Positions 42,236-51,862 of a stretch of 64,000 nucleotides of DNA are shown here, piece after piece. The DNA is from Candidatus Kapaibacterium sp. (GTDB taxonomy: Bacteria > Bacteroidota > Ignavibacteria > Palsa-1295). The position numbers were made by a program, and so were the translations under genes. Below the pieces are notes generated by a model. That model saw nothing but the letters and a program-made list of their open reading frames with translations. It was not told the origin of the DNA and searched no databases. How positions within the stretch are numbered: position 1 is the first letter of the stretch; each line of letters opens with the position of its first letter. Where the stretch lies: assembly GCA_038322815.1 (NCBI GenBank), contig JBBQGG010000008.1, forward strand, positions 2,043 through 66,042. Direction: 5' to 3'.

Positions 42236-42282
42236 CCTCAGGAGATTGCTTCGTCGGGCTGACGCCCCACTCGCACTGACAC
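42236..42282. repeat. REP-like half unit
   Basis: CCTCAGGAGATTGCTTCGTCGGGC...CTCGCACTGACAC matches the right arms of the other copies. Confidence 0.8.
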
Positions 42283-42293
42283 ATGAAAAAAAA

Positions 42294-43334
42294 TTATTCA
42301 AAATCGTGTTCGAAGTATGGCGTTACGCGGTCGGTGGCTCCGGATCCTTCGGTTTTTAATGCGATCTTTTGTTCCAGATTTTTTGCGAACTCAGCCGACG
42401 CATCGTATCCGTAATGCTTGAGCAGATAATTCAGAGCTATGACTTCCGAAATAACAGTGATGTTCTTTCCCGGAATGATCGGCAGTTTCAGATGCTGCAC
42501 TTCCACGCCTAATATCTGCACCAGCGATTCGTCCAATCCGGTACGCGTATAAACAGCTTTTTCATCCCAGACTTCCAGCTCGACGATGACTTCGACTCGC
42601 TTCTGAAAACGAATTGCGCGGATACCAAACATTTCGCGGACGTTGATAATGCCCAATCCCCTGATTTCCATAAAATGCCCGCCAAGCTCGGTTCCGGCAC
42701 CCATTAATATGCCTTCGCCTTTCTGAGTCACCACTACAACGTCATCGGCAACCAGTCTGTGACCCCGCTCGATGAGATCAAGCGCCACCTCGCTTTTGCC
42801 AACGCTGGATTTACCAACAAAAAGAATCCCTACACCATAGACATCAATAAATGAACCGTGAATACTGGTATGAAGATTGAATTGATCGTCGAGGAAATCA
42901 CTGATGAAATAGATCGCCTTCGTCGTCTCGATCGGAGTAAGGAAGGTTGGAATGCCGTATTCTTCGCAAAGTGCAACGAGGTCGACATCGAACTCATTGC
43001 TATTGGTAATCACGATGCAGGGAATATTGAAAGAGGCTAGGGTTGAAAATGCTTTTATCCGATCTTCTTTGGAAAGCGAATGAAGGTAGAAAAGCTCGGT
43101 ATTGCCGAAGATCTGAACGCGGTGAAACGTAAAAAGTCCAACATACCCTGCCAGAGCAAGCCCCGGGCGATGAAGATTTTTATCAGTGATGCGTTTATCA
43201 AGTCCGCGTTCGCCGGCAAGAAGCTTCAGCTTGAAACGATCCTTCATTTCTTCAAAGAAGAATTTCACTCCGATCGATTCTTTCTGAAGCGGCTTATAAT
43301 TCAGCCAAGCAGGCTTAGGGGTTTCGTCGGCCAT
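42294..43334 (-). CDS. hprK: HPr kinase/phosphorylase
   Basis: RPGLALAGY, GKSSVGKSE.ALDLIERGHRLVADD, MEIRGLGIINV. Confidence 0.97.
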   Translation of the reverse strand: MADETPKPAWLNYKPLQKESIGVKFFFEEMKDRFKLKLLAGERGLDKRITDKNLHRPGLALAGYVGLFTFHRVQIFGNTELFYLHSLSKEDRIKAFSTLASFNIPCIVITNSNEFDVDLVALCEEYGIPTFLTPIETTKAIYFISDFLDDQFNLHTSIHGSFIDVYGVGILFVGKSSVGKSEVALDLIERGHRLVADDVVVVTQKGEGILMGAGTELGGHFMEIRGLGIINVREMFGIRAIRFQKRVEVIVELEVWDEKAVYTRTGLDESLVQILGVEVQHLKLPIIPGKNITVISEVIALNYLLKHYGYDASAEFAKNLEQKIALKTEGSGATDRVTPYFEHDFE

Positions 43335-43343
43335 AGTTTGAAT

Positions 43344-43413
43344 AAAGGATGAATGATGAAGGTTAAAGGATGAAAGAGAACGATGCTTTTTTCATCCTTC
43401 ATCCTTTATCCTT
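43344..43413. repeat. Palindromic heptamer array (AAGGATG)4 / (TTCATCC)3
   Basis: AAGGATG AATGATG AAGGTTA AAGGATG ... TTCATCC TTCATCC TTTATCC TT in the hpf-hprK spacer. Confidence 0.88.
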
Positions 43414-43418
43414 GTTCT

Positions 43419-43742
43419 TTATTTCTCTAACGCTTTGCGTATTAAATCTTTGGATGCAGTATGAGAATCATGATGTTTTTTAAGCTGCTTTTCTAATGTC
43501 TTGACCACAAGGTCGATCGACTTCCCGACGTTCTCAGAAGTTTCTTTTGCGTGAAGTGTCTTCCCCCTGACCTCAAGATTGATCTCCGCACTATATTGAA
43601 TATTACCATGTCCTTCGTGATCTAAGATTACATCGGCTCCGAGAATTTCATACTTGTTCTCTAAGATCGCTATTTCAGATTCAACAAATGTCTTGATGTG
43701 CCCGTCGGCGGATGCATGTCTGTTTGTGATTTGAATATTCAT
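43419..43742 (-). CDS. hpf: Ribosome hibernation factor (HPF/RaiA)
   Basis: MNIQIT.RH, AEINL.V.G..L.AKE, SID.V..LEKQLKK; xerC-hpf-hprK context. Confidence 0.88.
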   Translation of the reverse strand: MNIQITNRHASADGHIKTFVESEIAILENKYEILGADVILDHEGHGNIQYSAEINLEVRGKTLHAKETSENVGKSIDLVVKTLEKQLKKHHDSHTASKDLIRKALEK

Positions 43743-43795
43743 TTCGTTTTTATCTCCAATTAGTTAATTTGGGGAATTTGAAAAATTTTTTTTTA

Positions 43796-44731
43796 TTATT
43801 CCCCGCTTCTCGGATGGGCGGAGTCATAGGCTTGCTTTAAACGATCTACCGTCAGATGAGTATATTTCTGCGTCGTTCTTAGCGAAGTATGGCCTAACAT
43901 TTCCTGCACAGCACGTATCTCTGCTCCATGATCCAAGAGATGAGTTGCAAAGGAATGTCTTAACATGTGGGGATGACTTCTTCCGACATCGCGTACTCCG
44001 CGAAAATATTTCTGGACGATATGATAAACTGCTCCGGGTGTCATACGTTTACCATTTACAAGCAAAAACAATGCCGATTTGTCCTGAATCTCTCCAAAAT
44101 CTTTACGTAAAGGAATATAGTTTTTTATCGCATTCACAGCTTGTATTCCAACAGGAACAATGCGTACTTTATTCCCCTTTCCGAGGACGCGGACAGTTCC
44201 TTCCGCCATATTGAGATCCTTAAGACTTATACTGCTGATCTCCGCCCGCCGTAAACCGCTGGAATAAAGAAGTTCAAGGATTGCCACATCACGCAACCCG
44301 GCAGGTGTTTCAAGATCAGGTTTTGCAAGTGCCTCAGAAGCGGCGCGTTCAGATACAACGCCCGGCAGCCGCTTTGCGCCCTTCGGACTTTTAATAAGCT
44401 TTCCGGCATTCATTGCGAAAATGCCTTGATTGGTAAGATAGCGAAGAAATGAACGAACCGTCGAAAGCTTTCGGGAAATAGATTGTGAAACAATTGGCTT
44501 ACCGTGTTTATTTTTTGTTTCGGATAGAATACGAAGGTAAATACGAAGTGGTTGAATATCTGATTGAGTACCTATAAGTTCAAGGTCTTCCTCGCCCAGA
44601 ATTTTCTGAAATTCTTCAAGATCGGCACGGTACGTTAAGAGTGTACCTTTGCTTGCACCACGCTCGTGAGAGAGGTGATCAAGGAAAGATTCAAGCCATA
44701 TAGGAAAAGATTTTTCGAAAACTGTCGTCAT
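43796..44731 (-). CDS. xerC: Tyrosine recombinase XerC
   Basis: ELLYSSGLR, VLGKGNK.R, HPHMLRHSFATHLL, LGH.SL.TTQKYTH; downstream of topA. Confidence 0.9.
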   Translation of the reverse strand: MTTVFEKSFPIWLESFLDHLSHERGASKGTLLTYRADLEEFQKILGEEDLELIGTQSDIQPLRIYLRILSETKNKHGKPIVSQSISRKLSTVRSFLRYLTNQGIFAMNAGKLIKSPKGAKRLPGVVSERAASEALAKPDLETPAGLRDVAILELLYSSGLRRAEISSISLKDLNMAEGTVRVLGKGNKVRIVPVGIQAVNAIKNYIPLRKDFGEIQDKSALFLLVNGKRMTPGAVYHIVQKYFRGVRDVGRSHPHMLRHSFATHLLDHGAEIRAVQEMLGHTSLRTTQKYTHLTVDRLKQAYDSAHPRSGE

Positions 44732-44790
44732 TCAGTGCTTGATAAGCTACACCAATATAATCATTTTTTTCACGAGAGCCGGAATATATA

Positions 44791-44851
44791 TGTCATTCCG
44801 CACGGAGTTCTTCTCGATTTCGCAGAGGCGAATCTCCGTTCAAAATGAGAT
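44791..44851. repeat. Degenerate REP-like unit
   Basis: Begins TGTCATTCCG.ACGGAG like the copies at 48046 and 49214. Confidence 0.5.
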
Positions 44852-44874
44852 ATAATTTCACAAGGCTATTTAAT

Positions 44875-47241
44875 CTATGCCGCTTTCTTCCTGCCTCTTC
44901 CGGATTTTTTCTCGACTTCCTCTTCTGCAGTGAATTCCATCATCTCTTCTGTGAATGCTTTTTTACAGTTCGGACATTTCAGGAAGTTGCCTTGCGTGCG
45001 GCTCCATTTTGTTGCAAGCCAGTTATTGCCACAGGATGGGCATGGCTTATTGACGGGTTTATCATTCGAAATGAAATCGCATTCGGGATAGCGGGCGCAG
45101 CCATAGAATGTGCGCTTGCCTTTGCCGCCTTTTCGTTGGACGATGTCGCCGATCGTGCATTTCGGGCATTTGATTCCGGTCGGAATCTGGCGTGTGTACT
45201 TGCATGTCGGGTAACGCGAGCAGCCGATGAATTTTCCGAAGCGGCTCGATCTGAGCAGAAGCTCACCTTCATGGCATTCGGGACATGTCTCGCCTAATTT
45301 TTCCGGCTCCGGTCTATTGAGATTTTTAACGGAGGTTTTCTTTCCGCAATTTGCGCAGTCGATATAAAATCCGAACCAGCCTTGCTTGAGTTCGACAGTA
45401 TCCGATTTGCAATTCGGGCAGGAGAATTTCGGCAAGTCTTCCGATAGCCGCTCATCAGCCTGTTCAAGAACAGCTTTGAATGGAATATAGAAATCCCCCA
45501 TAACTCCGGCATACGTATTCTCGCGGTCAGCGATGGTATCGAGTTCTAATTCCATTTTCGCTGTGAAATCCACATTGAAGATCTCCGGAAAACTTTTAAT
45601 TAAAATACGATTGACATTCCTTCCAAGTTCTGTCGGATAAAGCCTTCGTTCCTGCTGTTCGACATAGGTTCGCTCCTGAATGGTGCCGACAATACTTGCA
45701 TACGTCGATGGTCTTCCGATCCCAAGCGATTCAAGTTCTTTTACGAGCGTACTTTCGGAAAATCTCGGAGGCGGCTTTGTTTCGGATTCCTGTAAACTTG
45801 GTGCTTCGATATTTGCCGTTTGCTTTTCTTCGATTCCATTTGGAAGTCTGCGGTCAGCATCGGTAGTATTCTTATCACCTGTTTCTTCGGAATCATCAAG
45901 AAGCTGTAAATAACCCCTGAATTTCAGGATTGAACCTGTTGCACGGAATCGGTAAATACTTCCTGAAGTATTATCGGAGTCGATCTCAACCGTAGTCTGA
46001 TCGAAAACTGCCGAAGACATTTGCGAGGCAATAAAGCGCTGCCAGATAAGCTCATACAGAGCCGCCATATCTTTATCTTGGGATTCAAGAATGCGGCGCA
46101 CTTGCTTGGGATCCATACCCGGATTGGTCGGGCGAATACATTCATGCGCTTCCTGCGCGCCTTTGCTTTTCTTTTCCTTGCGCGGCTCGCCTACGTATTC
46201 CTTGCCGAAGTTCTTTTCGATATAGGCTACCGACTGCGCACGGGCTTCATCGGATATACGCGTCGAATCGGTACGCATATACGTAATAAGACCTGTCAAT
46301 CCTTCTTCGCCAAGCTCAACACCTTCATAGAGGCGCTGGGCAAGCATCATGGTCTTCTTGGGATTGAACCGGAGATTGGCACTTGCAGAAGTCTGCAAAG
46401 AGCTTGTAATAAATGGCGGTGGAGAGTTGCGCCTGACTTCGCGCTTATTAAGCGAAGCGATGCGGTAATTTTTCTCTTGCGCATCCCGGGCATAACCTGC
46501 TGCAATTTTTCCATCACCGATAAAACGGTTCTTCAGATCTTCAGGAAGATCCTGTAAGCTTCCTTCGGGATTCCTGAATTCTATTCCATCGACGGAAATT
46601 AGCTTTGCGTGTATGGGAAATTCTGTTGTCGGTGTCGTAAAATCAGCCCAGAGATTCCAATACTTGATCGGCTGAAAGCGCTCAATCGCCTCTTCGCGCT
46701 CGCAGATGATTCGCAGTGCAACCGATTGAACACGTCCGGCCGAAAGTGATTCGGTATTTTGTCCGATAAATGCCTTCCATAAGATCGGCGAAACCTGATA
46801 GCCGATGATCCTATCCATCACGCGCCTCGCCTGCTGCGCATCGAATAGAGCCACATCGACTTCGCGCGGATGCTTCATTGCCTCAATAATCCCTGATTTC
46901 GTAATCTCGGTAAAAAGAACGCGCTTAATGTTATCGTTCTTATCGGCGATCGCATTCTGGATATGATAAGCAATAGCCTCTCCCTCACGGTCCGGATCGG
47001 TTGCGATCAGGACTTCCTTGCTCGAGCCTGCAAGCTTTTTTAATTCAGCGAGAATATCTTTTTTGCCTTTGACCGTCACATACTGCGGAAGATATCCGTT
47101 ATCGAAATCAATGCCGAGCTTGGATTTCGGAAGATCTTTGATGTGCCCGACCGAAGCTCGGACCACATAGTTCGAGCCAAGATATTTATTGATCGTCTTT
47201 GCCTTCGATGGCGATTCGACGATGACTAATGATTTTGCCAT
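44875..47241 (-). CDS. topA: DNA topoisomerase I
   Basis: LVIVESP.KAKTI, ATDPDREGEAI, SAGRVQS, ITYMRTDS, C-terminal zinc ribbons. Confidence 0.98.
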   Translation of the reverse strand: MAKSLVIVESPSKAKTINKYLGSNYVVRASVGHIKDLPKSKLGIDFDNGYLPQYVTVKGKKDILAELKKLAGSSKEVLIATDPDREGEAIAYHIQNAIADKNDNIKRVLFTEITKSGIIEAMKHPREVDVALFDAQQARRVMDRIIGYQVSPILWKAFIGQNTESLSAGRVQSVALRIICEREEAIERFQPIKYWNLWADFTTPTTEFPIHAKLISVDGIEFRNPEGSLQDLPEDLKNRFIGDGKIAAGYARDAQEKNYRIASLNKREVRRNSPPPFITSSLQTSASANLRFNPKKTMMLAQRLYEGVELGEEGLTGLITYMRTDSTRISDEARAQSVAYIEKNFGKEYVGEPRKEKKSKGAQEAHECIRPTNPGMDPKQVRRILESQDKDMAALYELIWQRFIASQMSSAVFDQTTVEIDSDNTSGSIYRFRATGSILKFRGYLQLLDDSEETGDKNTTDADRRLPNGIEEKQTANIEAPSLQESETKPPPRFSESTLVKELESLGIGRPSTYASIVGTIQERTYVEQQERRLYPTELGRNVNRILIKSFPEIFNVDFTAKMELELDTIADRENTYAGVMGDFYIPFKAVLEQADERLSEDLPKFSCPNCKSDTVELKQGWFGFYIDCANCGKKTSVKNLNRPEPEKLGETCPECHEGELLLRSSRFGKFIGCSRYPTCKYTRQIPTGIKCPKCTIGDIVQRKGGKGKRTFYGCARYPECDFISNDKPVNKPCPSCGNNWLATKWSRTQGNFLKCPNCKKAFTEEMMEFTAEEEVEKKSGRGRKKAA

Positions 47242-47270
47242 AGCTTTTTTTCTTACAATTTTCTAGATCG

Positions 47271-47393
47271 GTGTCATTGCGAGGAAGTCGCGAAGCGACG
47301 ACGAAGCAATCCCCTGATAGATTGTAGAGAGTAACTTTTTACCACTTATCCGGGGATTGCTTTGTCGGGCTAAAGCCCTCCTCGCAATGACAC
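47271..47393. repeat. REP-like palindromic doublet
   Basis: GTGTCATTGCGAGG...GAAGCAATCCCC...GGGGATTGCTTT...CCTCGCAATGACAC. Confidence 0.9.
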
Positions 47394-47478
47394 TAACATC
47401 ACCATCTTAATAATGAAAGAGCGCGAGGTTACTTATGTAATCACTCGCGCTGCGTACAAAAGTACTAAAATTATTTGA

Positions 47479-47991
47479 CTACTGTACCCGATCTGTAACA
47501 TTGAGCATCATTCTGCTTCCGACTCGGGTTGAATCGTTGAAATCAAAAATCATCGCTGCAGCGAGATCGCGAACGTCTTCGAGTCCTATATCATGTGTGC
47601 CGATAAACCATAACCTGTCTATAAGTAATTCCATCTCCGAATCTTTGAGAAGCCCTAATTCGCGAAGCTGAATAAGATACCCTCTGGCTTCGGCAGATAA
47701 GAATGATTGTTCAAGATCATGATAAATCCGGAATGGATTATTGCCGATCATCGAGTTATCTGATAGATCAGTAACGTTCGATTGTGTAACTGAAAGCGCC
47801 ATCTTATCGAAGAGCCAACTGAAGGCAGTGGAAACTTCAGATTCAGTATAACCTTTTGCCGCAAGCTTGCCGAGATCAATATCGCCGAGCTGCTTGTTGC
47901 GGCGCATTTCGCCGACAAGAAATAATATCACTTCCATCACACGCCCGGTGCCTTTAAGTGCCCGTGAGCTTACGTCTTCAGTTTTCATCAA
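47479..47991 (-). CDS. smg: Smg (DUF494) family protein
   Basis: L..KGYTESEVSTAFSWL, RIYH..E...LS.EARGYL.QL; upstream of topA. Confidence 0.85.
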   Translation of the reverse strand: MMKTEDVSSRALKGTGRVMEVILFLVGEMRRNKQLGDIDLGKLAAKGYTESEVSTAFSWLFDKMALSVTQSNVTDLSDNSMIGNNPFRIYHDLEQSFLSAEARGYLIQLRELGLLKDSEMELLIDRLWFIGTHDIGLEDVRDLAAAMIFDFNDSTRVGSRMMLNVTDRVQ

Positions 47992-48045
47992 TAAATGTGA
48001 ATCAAGTATCCGATAATCTACTGTATAAATTTGAGTTCTCGGTAT

Positions 48046-48183
48046 GTGTCATTCCGAACGGAGCTTTTTTGAGCGAAGCGAGAAAAACGATGTGAGGAAT
48101 CCCCTGATAGATTGTAGAATGAAACTTTCTACTGAACCTCCCGAGATTGCTTCGTCGCGCTACGCGGCTCCTCGCAATGACAC
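48046..48183. repeat. Hybrid REP-like doublet overlapping the ybeY 3' end
   Basis: Left arm GTGTCATTCCGAA, right arm CTCGCAATGACAC. Confidence 0.88.
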
Positions 48184-48642
48184 TTCCTTTTCTAAAAATT
48201 CACGCTCCTTCTTTCGCATCTGCGCTTTCCCTTCTGATGTTTTATCATCATATCCTGCAAGATGCAACATTCCATGAATCGCAAGATGGGCAAGTTCGTT
48301 CCGCAATGATACTTTATAGCGCAGGGCATTTTCCTGTGCCCTATCCAAACTGAAGTATAATTCCGCTTCTAAATGGTTATCATTTCTCTCTATCTCAAAA
48401 GTCAGAATATCCGTGTAATAATCATGCTTTAAGACACTTTTATTCATCTCTAAAAGCTCTTCATCACTTAATAAAACAATTCCGAGTTTCATCGATGTGA
48501 TTTCCGGGAGTTCCGAAAGCAGAACTTCATCTGCGGCAGCCTTTAGCAGAGAAACATATTCTTTCCATTTCGGATATTTTTGTTCAGCAGCTTTTGAGGC
48601 AGTACAGGAAAATTCGAGCTTGGCTTTGGACCTGACAGCCAT
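48160..48642 (-). CDS. ybeY: rRNA maturation endoribonuclease YbeY
   Basis: HDYYTDILTF and the HGMLHLAGYDD metal motif. Confidence 0.93.
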   Translation of the reverse strand: MAVRSKAKLEFSCTASKAAEQKYPKWKEYVSLLKAAADEVLLSELPEITSMKLGIVLLSDEELLEMNKSVLKHDYYTDILTFEIERNDNHLEAELYFSLDRAQENALRYKVSLRNELAHLAIHGMLHLAGYDDKTSEGKAQMRKKEREFLEKEVSLRGAA

Positions 48643-48648
48643 GGGAAA

Positions 48649-49101
48649 TTATTTTTTAAATCCGGCAGCTTTTCCGTTGAAAATTTTCAAAGCAATAGCA
48701 GCGCGCAGTTCTTCAGGCTCAAGTTTTGCAAGATCTTTCGTACCAAGTGAAGGTGCTAAATTTCCATAGACCTGCAGGACGCCGGCAGAACTCACGGTTA
48801 CCATTGTCATTTTACCGCCACGGGTTTTGCCGAAGAATGCAACTTCGCGGGTAGACTCAGATAGGCGGACTTCTTCAACATCATTTAACTCAACCAATCC
48901 CAGTGGTGATTGAATCATCACATTCGATCTTTCAGCATTTTCCATCATGCTGATCTCGACTAAAGGCGCATCTGTTGCCTTACCGATGGATTGAAAAACA
49001 AGTACTGAGGCATCGGCGCGTCCGCGCAATTTCTTGCCGGCAAGGGCAACTCCACTCAGCGCATCAGCGATTCCATCAACAACTTTTTGGCGAAACAGCA
49101 T
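48649..49101 (-). CDS. Hypothetical protein
   Basis: 150 aa ORF ending 6 nt upstream of ybeY; TATTTTTG promoter motif at 49136-49143. Confidence 0.7.
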   Translation of the reverse strand: MLFRQKVVDGIADALSGVALAGKKLRGRADASVLVFQSIGKATDAPLVEISMMENAERSNVMIQSPLGLVELNDVEEVRLSESTREVAFFGKTRGGKMTMVTVSSAGVLQVYGNLAPSLGTKDLAKLEPEELRAAIALKIFNGKAAGFKK

Positions 49102-49213
49102 CTTTTGAGTTTAAGAATATGCGAATAATAGAATACAAAAATACTTCCTGAAACAGGGCAACAAATAAATTCCGATTCTGAGTTCATTAATAGTTGCCCT
49201 CGTCCCAAACAAT

Positions 49214-49360
49214 TGTCATTCCGAATGGAGTTTTTTGCATGAAGTGCAAAAACGATGTGAGGAATCCCCTGAGAGCTACCGGAGAAAGTTCTCGTATCAC
49301 CTCAGGGGATTCCTCAGTCGCTCATTCGCTAAAGCGAATTTCGGCTCCTTCGGAATGACA
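49214..49360. repeat. REP-like palindromic doublet (GTCATTCCGAA type)
   Basis: TGTCATTCCGAA...TGAGGAATCCCCTGAG...CTCAGGGGATTCCTCA...TTCGGAATGACA. Confidence 0.9.
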
Positions 49361-49429
49361 TAATTACTTCTATTGCAACTCTGCCGAACCACTCCAAAGT
49401 ACCAAAACGTTATTAAACTTTAATTACAA

Positions 49430-49909
49430 TTGAAAATGATCGGTTTCGGTTACGATATTCATAAACTTGCAACAGGTGAAAGCCTGATCTTAGGCGGCGT
49501 TAATTTCCCGGATGCTCCGCTTGGCACAGTAGCGCATTCCGATGGCGATGTAGTTATCCATGCCGTCATTGACGCTTTACTTGGTGCGCTTGCTTTAGGC
49601 GATATTGGAAAACATTTTCCCGATACCGATGCGAAATATAAAAATGCGAATAGCATCGAACTCTTGAAAGAAACAGCTGCAATGCTCAAAGAAAAAAATG
49701 CTCAGATAATTAATATTGACTCTACTATTGTTCTGGAGCGTCCGAAACTCCGCGAGCATATTGACGCCATGAGAAAAAATATTGCTGATGCCTTAGGAAT
49801 AAAAATTGATCAGGTTTCAGTAAAGGCTACAACCAGCGAAAAGATAGGATTTGTAGGGCGCGAAGAAGGAGTTGCGGCGTACGCAGTGTGTCAATTAAAG
49901 ATGCTTTAG
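49430..49909 (+). CDS. ispF: 2-C-methyl-D-erythritol 2,4-cyclodiphosphate synthase
   Basis: IGFGYDIH, HSDGDV, GDIG.HFPDTD, VKATT.E..GF.GR.EG. Confidence 0.97.
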   Translation: MKMIGFGYDIHKLATGESLILGGVNFPDAPLGTVAHSDGDVVIHAVIDALLGALALGDIGKHFPDTDAKYKNANSIELLKETAAMLKEKNAQIINIDSTIVLERPKLREHIDAMRKNIADALGIKIDQVSVKATTSEKIGFVGREEGVAAYAVCQLKML

Positions 49910-50324
49910 AAATTCCTCTGTAGACTCACCTGATCGGTTAAGAAGATCCCGCAATGTACCTCAGGCAACTTCAGTATGATTGGGGATAAAGAGCGTTGCA
50001 ATGCTGCCCTTTTTCGTCATAAGAATATGGCTTCCTTTTTGACGAACAACCTGCCTGCCAAGTTTTTCGAATGAATAAACCACTTCTTTCGGGCGGAGTA
50101 AGGGAATCGGAGGCATTTTTATACTGCTTTCAACTTCTCTTGTGGATATAACCAAAGGCAGACCAAGCTCTTTTCTGACTTCAAGAGTTTCCTGAATAGC
50201 ATCTTGAATATTTTCCTGAGCTTCTTCTTCACTCTTCCCCTGACTTATGCAGCCGGGTATTGAAGGACATTCCGCAATGAACATCCCATCTTCATCCTTA
50301 ATAAATCGTAATGTTAAATTTCAT
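49895..50324 (-). pseudogene. hicBA: Degraded hicB-hicA toxin-antitoxin pair
   Basis: HicB-like MKFNITIY / KDEDGMFIAECPSIPGCISQG (frameshifted). HicA-like MPPIPLLRP...RQKGSH...PNH.EVA*GTLRDLL...EEFLKHL with an internal TGA. Confidence 0.85.
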
Positions 50325-50358
50325 CTAATTACCAACGCTTCGAAGAAAGCAATAAATC

Positions 50359-51555
50359 CTAATCCACAACCATCTCAGATTCCAGTTTCTTTGAATCGCG
50401 GTGGAGGGTAAAGGCAAGCCAGAAACCTACTGCTGCCATTGCTCCGCCGATATAGCCGATATAGTTCGGATGGATCGTGCCGAGTATCCAACCTCCTAAA
50501 ATTGGTCCAATAATTCTCGTAAAACTTTCGATGCTCGATGATACGCCGATCACCCCGCCTTTTTTATCCGGCGGTGCCATCTGGCTTACAAGACTTGAAA
50601 GCACGACGCGTGTTACGCCCGTGCCGAATGAAAAGACAAGCGCTACTAATGCAAGCTGCTGCCAATTATCTGCAAGTACTAATCCCAACAAACCAAGTGA
50701 CATAGCTGCAAGGCCGTATCGCAGCAATGATAATTCGCCTATCTTTTTTACCAGAGGTCGTATCACTCCGCCTTGCCAAATAATACCGAGAAATCCGACA
50801 TAAGCCAGAAAACGCCCGACCTCCCGTTCATTAAAACTTAATTCAAGATGAGCATATAATGAGAACATTGAAACATAGAGTGAGAATGGAAGCGCGAAGA
50901 AAAAGAAAATTATGAGCATCGTTCGAAGATTTTTGATCTTCAAATAATTAAACGCTTCCGTGTAATATGCAAGTCCTTTTTTTCTATCGCCTTGGATGCG
51001 ATGAACGGCTGGCTCTTTGAGATAAAATATGGAAAGCGTCATGCTTGTGCAAGCTAAAAATGCTGCGGCATACGCCGGAGCCGATATTCCCCATGCCGCC
51101 GAAAGTTCACCGCCGATAAGCGGACCGAATAAGAAACCAAGTCCGAATGCAACACCGATCATTGCCATCGCCGAAGCTCTGTCTTTCGGTTCGCTGACAT
51201 CTGCAACGTATGCAGAAGCAATCGTGATATTTCCGCCGCTAATGCCATCAACGACTCTTGATAAGACAATGATCCAGATATTTCCGGCAAGCGCAAGTAG
51301 TAAAAACCCAACCATTGAACCGAACTGCGAATAAATAAGAACCGGTCTGCGGCCATATCTATCGCTAAGCGCTCCTAAAATTGGTGACGCACCGAATTGA
51401 CAGACGGAATACACTGCTGCGATCATCCCGATCATCTCCGGGCTTACATTGAATTTCAGGGCATAGAACGGAAGCAGCGGTAAAATGATAGAGAAGCCGA
51501 GAAGATCGACGAAGACAACGATGAAAATCGGAATCAGTGCTTTATTCTTGAACAT
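50359..51555 (-). CDS. MFS transporter, TetA/DHA1-like
   Basis: VFVDLLGF.II.PLLP, GALSDRYGRRP motif A, GLGF..GP.IGG motif C. Confidence 0.9.
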   Translation of the reverse strand: MFKNKALIPIFIVVFVDLLGFSIILPLLPFYALKFNVSPEMIGMIAAVYSVCQFGASPILGALSDRYGRRPVLIYSQFGSMVGFLLLALAGNIWIIVLSRVVDGISGGNITIASAYVADVSEPKDRASAMAMIGVAFGLGFLFGPLIGGELSAAWGISAPAYAAAFLACTSMTLSIFYLKEPAVHRIQGDRKKGLAYYTEAFNYLKIKNLRTMLIIFFFFALPFSLYVSMFSLYAHLELSFNEREVGRFLAYVGFLGIIWQGGVIRPLVKKIGELSLLRYGLAAMSLGLLGLVLADNWQQLALVALVFSFGTGVTRVVLSSLVSQMAPPDKKGGVIGVSSSIESFTRIIGPILGGWILGTIHPNYIGYIGGAMAAVGFWLAFTLHRDSKKLESEMVVD

Positions 51556-51667
51556 GCAAGGATCAAATTGAACTCAGATAAATTTTGAAGCTTAAGATAC
51601 ATTAATATTTTACTTTTGATTCATTCTTTTCGTTGCACAAGTACCAGCGTCACATAATTTTTAACAT

Positions 51668-51745
51668 CTCATTCTCAAGTGCAGAGAAGCGGAACGAAGG
51701 ATCTGAGGTTCCAAATGCCGGAAAGATCAGATTCTTCGCTTCGCA
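51668..51745. repeat. Degenerate REP-like doublet
   Basis: TCTCATTCT...CGAAGGATCTGA...TCAGATTCTTCGCTTCGC has the same layout as the other doublets. Confidence 0.45.
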
Positions 51746-51862
51746 TTAGATAAAGAAGATAATTCTTTCTCCAAATTGAGCCACTACTCAAATAGCTCCA
51801 ATCGGCACTTTAAGAAAAAAAAGAGCGTTTACTATAATACAATTAAATTATCATTAATATCT

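Noticed and set aside
43796-44731. Tyrosine recombinase as a phage or island integrase
   Set aside because: The topA-xerC-hpf-hprK context and size indicate housekeeping XerC; no att sites or cargo are visible.
25857-49360. REP-like repeats as a CRISPR array or IS ends
   Set aside because: They are dispersed, with no regular repeat-spacer period, no cas genes and no transposase.
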